A stretch of 64,000 bases of DNA, from assembly GCA_038227875.1 (NCBI GenBank), contig JBBRPR010000019.1:64001-128000 (forward strand), given 5' to 3'. Source of the stretch: Planctomycetota bacterium. Lineage in GTDB: Bacteria; Planctomycetota; SZUA-567; H5-PLA8. Every line of letters begins with the position of its first letter. Positions within the stretch are counted from its first letter, which is position 1. Below, piece by piece: positions 20,991 to 30,483 of the stretch. The notes beneath the pieces are model-generated. The model saw only the letters and a program-made list of their open reading frames with translations. It was not told where the DNA came from and searched no databases. Both the position numbers and the translations under genes were made by a program.

Positions 20991-23900
20991 GTGGCTGAAT
21001 TGAATCCATCGTCTGATCCCATCCGTAATTCCGTGCCGCCTCCGCGTCCGGCTGATGAGCGGCCGTTGTCCCCGCTGGCGCTGGCGGTCTGCGTCGCAGT
21101 AATTTGTGCGGCGGGCATTGCGGCGTACAGCAATTCGTTCTCGTGTCCGTTCATTTTCGACGACACGAGCGCGATCATGACCAATCGGGACATCGTGAAT
21201 CTGTGGCCACTGAGCCGCTCGATGTTCGGCTCCGACCAGACCAGCATCGCCGGCCGTCCGCTCGTGGCGTTTTCGCTGGCGATCAACTTTACACTCAGCG
21301 GATTGAAAGTGTGGAGCTACCACGCGCTCAATCTTCTGATTCACATTATCGGCGCGCTGGCGTTGTTCGGAATTCTGCGCCGCACGCTGCTGCGACCGAA
21401 ATTCAAAGAGAACTTCGGCGCACACGCGGTGCCGCTGGCGCTGGTCTGCGCCCTGATCTGGCTTGTCCATCCGCTGCAGACGGAGTCGGTGACGTACGTG
21501 GTCCAGCGCTGCGAATCGTTGATGGGCATGTTCTTCCTGCTGACGCTCTATTTCGCGATTCGCGGCTGGGACGCCCCGCGCAACCGTTTGTTGTGGCACG
21601 CGCTGGCCGTGGTCGCGTGCGCGTGCGGCATGGGTTCGAAGGAAGTGATGGTTGGCGCTCCGCTGCTGGTGCTGTTGTACGACGCACTCTTCAATGCGCC
21701 ACCGCAGCGGGGTCTGCGTTTCCAGCCGGCATTTTACGTCCCGCTGTTCGCCACGTGGATTGTGCTGGGCCTGCTGCTTGCAGCCGGCGGCCAGATCGGC
21801 GCGTCGAATCTTCATATCAATCCCATTTCGCCGATGGAATACCTGCGCTCGCAAGGCGGCGTGATCTGTCGCTACCTGCAGCTGACATTCTATCCGGGAA
21901 CACTGTGTCTCTATTACGCGTGGCCGGTCGCCACGCGGGTCATCGACATTGTGCCGCCGTGCCTGTTCATCGCGGCGCTGGTATGCGTAACGGGCTGGGG
22001 TCTGTGGCGCGGCCGCGCGTGGGCGTATTGCGGCGCGTGGTTTTTTCTGATTCTCGCGCCGACGTCGAGCTTCCTCTCGATTCCCGACATCGCCTTCGAA
22101 CACCGCATGTACCTGCCGCTGGCGGGCGTGATCGTGCTGGTGGTCTTGTGCGTGTACCGCGCCGGGCTGCGCATCACTTCCTCTCCGGCGCTTCAAGTCG
22201 CGCTGGCCGTGGTTGTCGTCGCGGCGCTGGGCGCGCGCACCTACGCGCGCAATTACGACTACCGCTCGGTTGAATCGATCTGGCGCAGCGTCCTGGCCTT
22301 CCGTCCGGACAATCCCGGCGCGCGCAACAATCTCGGCGACGCGCTCTTCAACGCAGGCAAGATCGAAGAAGCGAAGGTCGAGTTCGAAGCGACGTTGAAA
22401 ATGCAGCCGAACAACATCGAAGCCATCGACAACATGGGCAACATTCTCAACAAGGAAGGCCTCAACGACGAGGCGATTCAGTACTACCACCGCGCGATCG
22501 AACTGCGACCGGACTACGCGCTGGCTTACAACAACCTCGGCGTGGTCCTGCTCTCCATCAACCGCGACACGGAAGCGATGGAAGCGTTCAAGAAAATTCT
22601 GGAGCTCGAACCCGAGAATCCGACAGCGCACGTCAACTACGGCAGCGTATTGGACAAGATGGGCCATCACACCGAGGCCCTCGCGCAATACAACGAAGCA
22701 ATCCGCTTGTCGCCGGATAATCCCGAAGCCTACGCCAATCTCGGCCAGTCCATGGCAAACCAGGGAAAATTCGAAGAGGCGATTGCCTACTATCAGAAGG
22801 CCCTCGATCTCGAACCCACCATGGCCCTGTCATACCTGAACATGGCCATCGCCAAACTGCGTGTTGGAAAGAAGGACGAAGCGTTGAAGTGCGTCGAGAC
22901 CACGCTGCAACTGCAAAGTTACTACCCGGAAGCGTACCTGACCAAGGGCGCAGTGCTGAATGAAATGGGGAAATTCGACGACTCCATCGCGGCCTACAAG
23001 AAGGCTCTGGAGCAAAGCCCTCGCATGCTGCAAGCCGCGGCCACCGCCAGCGATCTGCTCGACGGCGCCGGCCGCACCGACGAAGCGATCGCGATCTGGA
23101 ATGGCATTCTGGAGAAAACGCCCGACGACGGCTTCTCGCAGTTCCGCGTCGCGCTGCTCTACGCCCGTCAGAAGAAATCCAAAGAAGCGCTGGAACACTT
23201 GACGCTGGCCGCGAAGTTCTCGGCCACTCCGGACGCGCACTACGCGCTGGCGGAAGCGTTGCGCCAATCCGGGCGCACCGACGAAGCGCTGTTGGAAATC
23301 CGCGAAGCCTTGCGACTCGCGCCCGAGAACCGGGAGGCCATGAACAATCTCGGCCGCGCCCTGCTTGATGCCGGCCGGCCGGACGAAGCCGTCACACAGC
23401 TCAAAACCACGGTGGAGAAGTTCCCGACGTTTGCGCCGGCGCTATTGAATCTGGGCTGGGCGTATTTGACAAAGCGAGAATTGACGCTGGCGATTGAAAA
23501 TTTCGAGCTGGCCATCAAGCTCGATCCCAAGCTGCCCGATGTCCGGAACTTCCTGCGGCGCGCGTACATTGACCGCGGCGACGAACTGGAGAAGGCAAAA
23601 AAAGGCGACGAAGCCCTGCAGCTTTGGACACGCGCGTCCGCGTCTTCGCTCGACGATCCTTACTTCGAACACCGCGCCGGCCGGCTGCTGCTCAACATGG
23701 GGCGTATAAATGAAGCTGTGACGCACTTCGAAGCGGAACTTAAATCCGGAAACGCAGACCCCGTGGCCGAAGAAGACCTCGGCTACGCGCTGGGACGTGC
23801 CGGGCGCAAGGACGAGGCGCTCAAGCATCTGAAGGAAGCATTGACGCTGCAGAAGGAAAATGTAACGGGTCTCAACAATATTGCGAGGGCCATGGCCGAC

Positions 23901-24530
23901 CTTGGGATGACGGCCGAAGCCATCGACGTATTCAAGGACGTGATCAAGCAGAATCCCGCTTACACCGACGCCTACAACAACATGGCCGTGGCCTACAGCA
24001 CGCTGGGCAAGCACGAGGAAGCGCTGGCCACGTTCAAGGAAGTCCTGCGGCTCCGGCCTGTCTCGGTCGATGCCGAGCGCAACCTGGCCATCTGCTACGG
24101 ACGATTGCAGAACCTCCCGGCTGCCATAGAGCATTTCAACCGGGCGATCGCACTGGACCCGAAGAACGCTGACGCACGCGAAGGATTGGCGCGGCTGTAT
24201 GCCAAGAATGCGAAGCTCCCCGAGGCAATCGCGCAGTTTCAGGAACTCATCCGCGCTGATCCGGCCTCGCCGCGGGGTTACGTCGGACTGGGAACGCTAC
24301 TGGCTGACAGCGGCAAGCCCGACGAAGCCGCCGCCGCGTTCAAAGATGCGCTGAAAGCCGACCCCACCGACGGACCCGCGCACAACAGCTTCGGCGCACT
24401 CCTCGCCTCGCGCGGCGCCTTTGACGAGGCCGCGTGGCACTTCGACGCCGCTCTGAAAAAGAACCCCAATGACGCCCTGGCGCGGGAGAATATGAGCAAG
24501 GTTCTGCGACACCTGAAGCCCCGGCCGTGA
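20991..24530 (+). CDS. TMTC-like membrane glycosyltransferase (GT-C, protein O-mannosyltransferase-like) with long TPR array
   Basis: YSNSFSCPFIFDD, GRPLVAFSLAINF, HPLQTESVTYVVQRCE, SKE, FEHRMYLP; roughly 20 TPR repeats over the C-terminal ~740 aa. Confidence 0.88.
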   Translation: MAELNPSSDPIRNSVPPPRPADERPLSPLALAVCVAVICAAGIAAYSNSFSCPFIFDDTSAIMTNRDIVNLWPLSRSMFGSDQTSIAGRPLVAFSLAINFTLSGLKVWSYHALNLLIHIIGALALFGILRRTLLRPKFKENFGAHAVPLALVCALIWLVHPLQTESVTYVVQRCESLMGMFFLLTLYFAIRGWDAPRNRLLWHALAVVACACGMGSKEVMVGAPLLVLLYDALFNAPPQRGLRFQPAFYVPLFATWIVLGLLLAAGGQIGASNLHINPISPMEYLRSQGGVICRYLQLTFYPGTLCLYYAWPVATRVIDIVPPCLFIAALVCVTGWGLWRGRAWAYCGAWFFLILAPTSSFLSIPDIAFEHRMYLPLAGVIVLVVLCVYRAGLRITSSPALQVALAVVVVAALGARTYARNYDYRSVESIWRSVLAFRPDNPGARNNLGDALFNAGKIEEAKVEFEATLKMQPNNIEAIDNMGNILNKEGLNDEAIQYYHRAIELRPDYALAYNNLGVVLLSINRDTEAMEAFKKILELEPENPTAHVNYGSVLDKMGHHTEALAQYNEAIRLSPDNPEAYANLGQSMANQGKFEEAIAYYQKALDLEPTMALSYLNMAIAKLRVGKKDEALKCVETTLQLQSYYPEAYLTKGAVLNEMGKFDDSIAAYKKALEQSPRMLQAAATASDLLDGAGRTDEAIAIWNGILEKTPDDGFSQFRVALLYARQKKSKEALEHLTLAAKFSATPDAHYALAEALRQSGRTDEALLEIREALRLAPENREAMNNLGRALLDAGRPDEAVTQLKTTVEKFPTFAPALLNLGWAYLTKRELTLAIENFELAIKLDPKLPDVRNFLRRAYIDRGDELEKAKKGDEALQLWTRASASSLDDPYFEHRAGRLLLNMGRINEAVTHFEAELKSGNADPVAEEDLGYALGRAGRKDEALKHLKEALTLQKENVTGLNNIARAMADLGMTAEAIDVFKDVIKQNPAYTDAYNNMAVAYSTLGKHEEALATFKEVLRLRPVSVDAERNLAICYGRLQNLPAAIEHFNRAIALDPKNADAREGLARLYAKNAKLPEAIAQFQELIRADPASPRGYVGLGTLLADSGKPDEAAAAFKDALKADPTDGPAHNSFGALLASRGAFDEAAWHFDAALKKNPNDALARENMSKVLRHLKPRP

Positions 24531-24578
24531 GCGATAGTTTTAAACTGGGCCCGCTCTGCATTCCTCGTCAAACGACAT

Positions 24579-24606
24579 GAAACGCCCCGCTTGCGCGGGG
24601 CGTTTT
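24579..24606. terminator. Probable bidirectional terminator
   Basis: GAAACGCCCCGC-TTGC-GCGGGGCGTTTT between convergent genes. Confidence 0.75.
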
Positions 24607-24639
24607 CAGTTCATTCGACATTCACCACTCGACATTCCA

Positions 24640-25350
24640 TTAGTCGTCGCGGTCGTGCTTCTTCTTTTTCTTGAACAGGTCGATGTCAATGTCAATGGCC
24701 GGGCGGCGGTCGCGCTCGACAACCGTGGTCGGCGGCGTGACGATCGTGCGTTCTTCGAAGTGGCCGGGGATCACGACATTTTTGGTCACGTCTTCAAAGC
24801 GCGGCGGGACGCTGTATTCCTTGGTGACGGTTTCGTACTGAGCGGGGACCGTGAATTCCTTGCGCACCACTTCGAAGCGGGGCGGCGTCTGGACTTCGCG
24901 TTCGACGATCTTGTACTCCGCCGGGAATTCCACATTGCGCCAGTGGCCTTCTTCAACGACGCCCTTGATTCGCACTGGACCAATCTTCGCTTCACCGGTT
25001 ACTTCAGCCGGAACCCACTGCCGTTCCACGCGCGCGGGGGCGACCAGAACCTTCTCTTGAATGCGTTCGATGCGGCCGGGGCTGACCATCACGCGCTCTT
25101 CGCGGGTCTCGACGCGCGCCGGCGAAACGAGAACCTGCTCCGAACGCCGTTCGACGCGCGCGGGTGAAACCAGGACATGCTCGGTCTTCGAGATCACCGA
25201 CTCGGGAATCCAGACGCGTTCGGTCACGGCCTGACCGGGAATTTGAACCACGCGCGGGGGCGTGCGGCCGGCGTTGATGTCAATGTCGACGTCGACGGCC
25301 ACAGCACTAACCACCGGCAACACCAACAATAAAGGAAACAGAAAACGCAT
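24640..25350 (-). CDS. Secreted repeat protein (13-14 aa Val/Pro repeats)
   Basis: Signal peptide; 14-aa repeats (E.VLVSPARVE..) then 13-aa repeats (VPAQYETVTKEY-type). Confidence 0.8.
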   Translation of the reverse strand: MRFLFPLLLVLPVVSAVAVDVDIDINAGRTPPRVVQIPGQAVTERVWIPESVISKTEHVLVSPARVERRSEQVLVSPARVETREERVMVSPGRIERIQEKVLVAPARVERQWVPAEVTGEAKIGPVRIKGVVEEGHWRNVEFPAEYKIVEREVQTPPRFEVVRKEFTVPAQYETVTKEYSVPPRFEDVTKNVVIPGHFEERTIVTPPTTVVERDRRPAIDIDIDLFKKKKKHDRDD

Positions 25351-25592
25351 CGGTTTGGATCTCCAGGGAACTTAAGCTGAATGACGGCTCTTGTCCGCGC
25401 AGCCTTCAGACATTTCGGGCCGCAGGCGCACAGTACTTTCGGCAGTCTGCGGACAGAGTGCCAGAATAGTGATCGGTATTTCTAAGCGGAAAATGAAGGA
25501 TTCAATCTCTTTCTTACAAAAAAGTGTCACAAATTAGAGAAATATGCGTGCGTCATCTGGTGCAGCGCAATATCCGATGCATGCACGTTAAT

Positions 25593-27704
25593 TCAGGCCG
25601 TCGCAATCGAATCCCGGACCGCGGCAAAAGTAGCCGGCGCGGAGTCCGTGGTCACGATGCGGAATTGATTCGGCGCGGAGCGGAGCCTGAAAATCGCACC
25701 GGCGAGCGCGTATTCGCGCTGCACTTCGGCGGCTTCGCGGCGCTCTTTGCGCGAGTTCACGGGATTGATGATCGTCAGCGGCCGCGGTGCCAGACAGGCG
25801 GCCACGTGCGGCAGGTCGAAGTCTCTCAAGCAACCCGGCAGATAGATGGAGAAGTGATGGTTGTGCCGGCGACGTTCGGTGAGGCTTTTGTACGCGTCAA
25901 GGCTGCGCAACATCACGCACTGGGCGACGCTGGTGTCGATCGCGGCGGCGTAAAGGCCCCACAATCCGCCGCGCCCGACGCCGACGATGGAGATCTTGTC
26001 TTTCTGCACGTCCCAACGGCTGCGCAAATATTCGAGCGCACGAAGAACCGTGAAGGTCCGCAATCCGAATAGGCTCTGTCCGGCGTTGAGCGCCCGGCGG
26101 CTCCATTGAGATTCCGGACCGCAGAGTAGTGTCTCGTAAGCGTCGTGGTCTTCGGCCTTCGGTTGCATGCGCGTTTCGCCGACGCCGCAGACATCGATGG
26201 CCATCACGTGGCAACCCGCCGCGGCAAAGCCGCTCATCCACGCCGACTGGGAGGAGACGCCGGCTGTGCCGCGTTCGTGGAGAATCAGCACCGCCGGGGC
26301 GACTTTGTGCGAGCCTGGCGTGTCGGCGCTTTCCGGCAGCGCGAAGAAGCTGTACGGCGCGTAGAGCTTCTCGTCCATGATCAAGCGGCCCTTCTCGACG
26401 GCATAGCCCCAATCGCTGGAGCGGCTTTCGAGTTCGCCTTTGATCGGCGTCAGCGGTTCCGGAAGGCGGAGGTGCGGGCGGAAACTATCGCGAACGTCGT
26501 TCTGCAATTTGATCGCGCCATCGGCATCTTTGGGCACGGCCTTGGAGGGTGGAAGTTCCTGCGCCAGACCTTTCTGATAGTCGAAGAGGCTCAGCGCATT
26601 GAGCGAGTTGCTGACCTGACCGGTTTCGGTGCAGTAGAGCGACTCCGGCGCCTCCGGCGGCGTCTCCGGTTCGCGCGCGCGGGAATCGGGAAGGCGGAAG
26701 GCGCGCGCAAAATGTTCGGCGGCGCGGGAACGGATCAGCTTCAAATATCCAGCCGGGCCGTCGGCTTCGAAGGGAATCAGGTGTTCCGCCGCGTTGAGCA
26801 GACCGTAGAAGCGGATGAGTTCCTCGGTGCGCGCGTGGCTGCCGCCGCGAAAACGGTCCTGCGTGCAGTTGGTGATCAGCAGCGGCTTGGGCGCGAAGGG
26901 CAGCAGCATGTCCTGCGCCGCGACGCCGTAGGCCAGCGCGCTGAAGTGGACGTGGTCTTCGTCGCCACCTTCCAGGTATTCCGCTTCGTAATGGTCAGCG
27001 ACTGTCGCGGCCGCCTGGATGCGCGGCTCGACACAGCATAGCACGCGGGCGACCAGCGCACTGCCGCCACACCCGATCACGCCCAATCGCAAGGGATCGG
27101 CGTCGCCGCGGGCGGAGATCAGATCGAGTCCGCGGATGACGTCCCACGCCATCAGGTTGACGAGATTCCCTCCGCTCAGGAGCAGCAGGTTTCCCAGCAG
27201 CGCGTGTTCTGCGGCGACGAGCTTTCCGGCCAGCGAACGGCGCAGCGTGGAGTCGTAAAACTCCAGGCGTTCGCCTTGTCCGGGCAGATCGATGATCAGC
27301 GTGGCGATGCCGCGGCGAGCGAAGAGCTGGCCGAGGCGCTGGCACTCCGCGTGGCCTTTACCCTGCGTGTTGAGCGCCGGTAGCGCAACGACGGCGGGGA
27401 ACGGTGACGCGCCATCTTCCGGAACGTAAAAATTCGCGGTGGTGATTACGCCCGGCAGGCTTTCGTACGTCAGCACTTCGACGCGGTAGCCTTCGTGCGC
27501 GAACGTTTCGATCGGTTTGACATTAAGCGGCGTGCGTTCGGGAAAAGCGCCGAGATGTTTGGCGCAGACTTCGCGCACCTGCGCCTGTCGCGTCTGCAGA
27601 GCTTGAGCCGTGGTGATCGCAGCCGCACGTTCGTTCCGCACGGCCATGAGCGCGGCGCCGACACCGGCGATGTAGTTCTCTGTCATTCCGCGACTGATGG
27701 CCAT
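25593..27704 (-). CDS. Tandem alpha/beta-hydrolase (acetylxylan-esterase-like), catalytic residues apparently lost
   Basis: FPERTPLN, YESLPGVITTANFYVP, DLPGQGER, WDVIRGLDL, FAPKPLLI, LYCTETGQV, FDLPHVAACLAPRPL. Confidence 0.8.
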   Translation of the reverse strand: MAISRGMTENYIAGVGAALMAVRNERAAAITTAQALQTRQAQVREVCAKHLGAFPERTPLNVKPIETFAHEGYRVEVLTYESLPGVITTANFYVPEDGASPFPAVVALPALNTQGKGHAECQRLGQLFARRGIATLIIDLPGQGERLEFYDSTLRRSLAGKLVAAEHALLGNLLLLSGGNLVNLMAWDVIRGLDLISARGDADPLRLGVIGCGGSALVARVLCCVEPRIQAAATVADHYEAEYLEGGDEDHVHFSALAYGVAAQDMLLPFAPKPLLITNCTQDRFRGGSHARTEELIRFYGLLNAAEHLIPFEADGPAGYLKLIRSRAAEHFARAFRLPDSRAREPETPPEAPESLYCTETGQVSNSLNALSLFDYQKGLAQELPPSKAVPKDADGAIKLQNDVRDSFRPHLRLPEPLTPIKGELESRSSDWGYAVEKGRLIMDEKLYAPYSFFALPESADTPGSHKVAPAVLILHERGTAGVSSQSAWMSGFAAAGCHVMAIDVCGVGETRMQPKAEDHDAYETLLCGPESQWSRRALNAGQSLFGLRTFTVLRALEYLRSRWDVQKDKISIVGVGRGGLWGLYAAAIDTSVAQCVMLRSLDAYKSLTERRRHNHHFSIYLPGCLRDFDLPHVAACLAPRPLTIINPVNSRKERREAAEVQREYALAGAIFRLRSAPNQFRIVTTDSAPATFAAVRDSIATA

Positions 27705-27794
27705 GGCTTTGTCTCTTCAGGTCTGTGTAAGTTTGACGTTACAAGTAGCCCAAAACATTCAACAAATCTGAACGTACTGCCGTCACGTTGCAGG

Positions 27795-29207
27795 CTACAG
27801 TTTTACCTTTTCACCGGGCTGTATGGTCTTCACTGGTGCACCGGTCAAACCTTCGCCGCACAACCCCCCGCTCGTGCCAATTTCGATCACGCAGTCGAGT
27901 GTTCCGTCCGGCTTGCGTGGTACTTTCGTCCCCGCCGCGCTAAGCCAGCGCGCGTACTCTTCCATCAGATCGCGGCGCGCCGTATGCGGAGAATCTTCGC
28001 CTTCGGCATTTTTCACCGGACTGAAATCATCCTCGCGCGCCGTCTCCATACTGACTGTCGCATTTGCCTGCGATAGCGCGTCGAACACAAACGTCTCAAA
28101 TTTGATGCCGTTCTTCTCGCCGGCTTTTAGTTGCACCGGTTTCCCGTCGGCGCCGATGGCGGGCACGGCTTTTTCCGCTTTATGGTACGGCAGTTGGAAA
28201 CCGCCTTTGTTCAGGCGTTCAATGAACGCCGTGTTGAGCACATGAATGGCGATGCTGCCGGCCCACCATTTTAATTGCCCGCTTGAATCGGTTTCCTTCG
28301 CCAGAGTTTCCGGCAGGTCGGAATATTCGATGACATTCAGCTTGCCATCGGAGAGACCCAGCACGCCGACTTTCTCTTTCCAGTCGCGCTTGCGGACGAC
28401 CTTGGAGGACATCTCGGCATTGGCTTGGACGTGGTAGCCGACGAACGTCGGGTCGCCGATCTTCGTCAGCACGTTGTCGACCTGGAAGTAGAAGAGCGTG
28501 TCGACGCCCGTGTTCTTCAGCCACGCGATCGAGCCGGAATCCCAGAGCGCCTTGATCGAGCCGCCGTGCCCGTTGGGGCTGAGCGCGATTTCGCCGGGCG
28601 CCTGGAGGAGGATCTTTCCCTCTTTACTCACCGCCGGCATGTTCGCCTGCTTGAAGATGCGGACGGAATCCTGGCCGAGTCCGAAATAATTGTGCTTGGC
28701 GAAGAACGTCTTGGTTTCGGCGTCGTTAGCGTCGGAGGTCATCACCAGCCACGGCACGGACGCATTATACTTTTTGCGCAGCACCTGAATTTTCTGCGCA
28801 TGGACTTCGAACAAAGTCCGGTTGGAGACTGGCCCGATTTCGAACGCGCCCTTCGGGCCTTGCAGGCCGAGCCGGGTCCCCTGCCCTCCCGCGACGAGGA
28901 ACGTCGCGACGCGGCCGGAACGGAAGGCCGCTTCGCCGGAAGCGCGCGCGGCGGCGGCCGTTTGCTTTTCGGCCGGCGACTTCGGCAGCGCGATCACGGG
29001 CGCGGGTTCGAGCTTCGCGGCGACGGGCGCTGCTTTGCCTTTCACGAATTCAGCGATGAGCTTGTCGACGACATCGAATTCGATGAGCGCAACCTGGTCG
29101 AGAAGTTTCTGTTGCTGGGCTGCATCGAGCTTATCGTAGAAATCGAAGAGATGGCCTTGGTGGTGGGCTGCTGCTTTTTCTTTGAGTTTCTTCGGGTCGT
29201 GCATCAT
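27795..29207 (-). CDS. UDP-N-acetylglucosamine pyrophosphorylase (UAP1/UDPGP type 1 family)
   Basis: LVAGGQGTRLG..PKG, SPNGHGG, YFQVDN, EYSDL, GIKFETFVFDAL, FSPVKNA. Confidence 0.92.
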   Translation of the reverse strand: MMHDPKKLKEKAAAHHQGHLFDFYDKLDAAQQQKLLDQVALIEFDVVDKLIAEFVKGKAAPVAAKLEPAPVIALPKSPAEKQTAAAARASGEAAFRSGRVATFLVAGGQGTRLGLQGPKGAFEIGPVSNRTLFEVHAQKIQVLRKKYNASVPWLVMTSDANDAETKTFFAKHNYFGLGQDSVRIFKQANMPAVSKEGKILLQAPGEIALSPNGHGGSIKALWDSGSIAWLKNTGVDTLFYFQVDNVLTKIGDPTFVGYHVQANAEMSSKVVRKRDWKEKVGVLGLSDGKLNVIEYSDLPETLAKETDSSGQLKWWAGSIAIHVLNTAFIERLNKGGFQLPYHKAEKAVPAIGADGKPVQLKAGEKNGIKFETFVFDALSQANATVSMETAREDDFSPVKNAEGEDSPHTARRDLMEEYARWLSAAGTKVPRKPDGTLDCVIEIGTSGGLCGEGLTGAPVKTIQPGEKVKL

Positions 29208-29272
29208 CGTCTCCTCTGGAATTTCAACACGACGACAACTGCCATCAAGGTGCCGAGATTTGAACAGTTTGT

Positions 29273-29298
29273 ACCCTGGTACAATTTTGTACCAGGGT
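29273..29298. repeat. 26-bp palindrome family, copy 3
   Basis: ACCCTG-GTA-CAATTTTG-TAC-CAGGGT between fabI and the UAP gene. Confidence 0.85.
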
Positions 29299-29356
29299 CC
29301 CCCTCGCGCGTTTAAAACTTGCTCTCGGCCCGGCGCTCAGTCCTCAGTCCTTCCGT

Positions 29357-30271
29357 TCACGCCTCCGCTTTCTTCTCCGCTTCCAACCACTCCACGCCCA
29401 TCCCCATGCTGTGGTAGCCGTGGTCGACGTAGACGATCGTGCCCGTGATGCCGGCGGCGAGATTCGAGGCGAGGAAGGCCGCGGTGTGGCCGACTTTTTC
29501 GCCGCTCATCACATCCGGGATCGGGGAGTTCTTGCGGTAGTAGTCGACCATGGCGTCGATGGTGCCGATGGCCTTGGCCGCGCGCGTGGGCATCGGACCG
29601 GCGCTGATGCAATTGACGCGCGCGCCGTACTTGCGGCCCGCTTCGTAGGCGAGCACTCGCGTGTCGCTTTCCAGCGCCGCCTTGGCGGAGCTCATCCCGC
29701 CACCGTACTTCGGGATCACCGATTCGGAGGCAAGATACGTCAGGCAGACGAATGAACCGTTGGGCCGCAGCAGCGGAGCGAAGCGCTGGATCATCGAAAC
29801 GTACGAGTAGGCGCTGGCGCTGACAGCGGCCAAGTAGCCTTTGCGGCTGGTTTCCAGCAGCGGCTTTTTCACTTCCGGTCCGTTGGCGAGACTGTGGACG
29901 ACGATGTCGAGGGGCTTCTCGCCGAAGTCGGCGCGGATCTTGTCGGCGCATTCCTGGACGGTGTAGCCGCTGAGTTCCTTGTAGCGCTTGTCGTCGCGGA
30001 TTTCCGGCGGAACGTCTTCGGCCGTGTCGTAGACGGCGTCGAAGGGATAGACCTTTTCGATGCTGAACTTGCCATCGGCGTAGTGCGTGGACTCCTCAAA
30101 CTTTCCGCGCTCGAGGCTCTTGGTGAACAGCGTCATCACCGGCGGCCACGTGCCCACGCAGACGGACGCGCCGGCCTGGTGCATGGCCTTAGCGATCGCC
30201 CAGCCGTAGCCGTCGTCGTCGCCCACGCCGCCCACGAATACCCGCTTACCCTTCAAGTCGATCGGAAGCAT
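29357..30271 (-). CDS. fabI: Enoyl-ACP reductase, chlamydial/plant/apicomplexan type
   Basis: LPIDLKGKRVFVGGVGDDDGYGWAIAK, VHSLANGPEVKKPLLETSRKGYLAAVSASAYS, YGGGMSSAKAALESDTRVLAYEAG. Confidence 0.93.
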   Translation of the reverse strand: MLPIDLKGKRVFVGGVGDDDGYGWAIAKAMHQAGASVCVGTWPPVMTLFTKSLERGKFEESTHYADGKFSIEKVYPFDAVYDTAEDVPPEIRDDKRYKELSGYTVQECADKIRADFGEKPLDIVVHSLANGPEVKKPLLETSRKGYLAAVSASAYSYVSMIQRFAPLLRPNGSFVCLTYLASESVIPKYGGGMSSAKAALESDTRVLAYEAGRKYGARVNCISAGPMPTRAAKAIGTIDAMVDYYRKNSPIPDVMSGEKVGHTAAFLASNLAAGITGTIVYVDHGYHSMGMGVEWLEAEKKAEA

Positions 30272-30393
30272 CGTTTCAGTTCCTCGAGTCCAGACTCTAC
30301 CCATGAAATTCGTTTCACGGTTTAGTGTAGAGATTGAAAGACGGTTGTGAAGAAAAGATTACTATTGGAATTTCGGACGGGTTTTTAGTCTCG

Positions 30394-30470
30394 CGCAAAG
30401 ACGCAAAGTCGCAAAGAACAGCTTGGAGTTGACGTCGCTCGTGATGAATCCCAACTCAAAACTCAAAACT
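30394..30470. repeat. Short intergenic tandem repeats
   Basis: CGCAAAG x3 at 8-bp period (30394-30416); AACTCAAAACTCAAAACT (30453-30470). Confidence 0.6.
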
Positions 30471-30483
30471 GCCTCAAGCGGCT

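Noticed and set aside
25376..25462. Hammerhead ribozyme or ZTP riboswitch
   Set aside because: CTGAATGA does not fit CUGANGA and the ZTP consensus elements are incomplete; kept only as an unassigned structured leader
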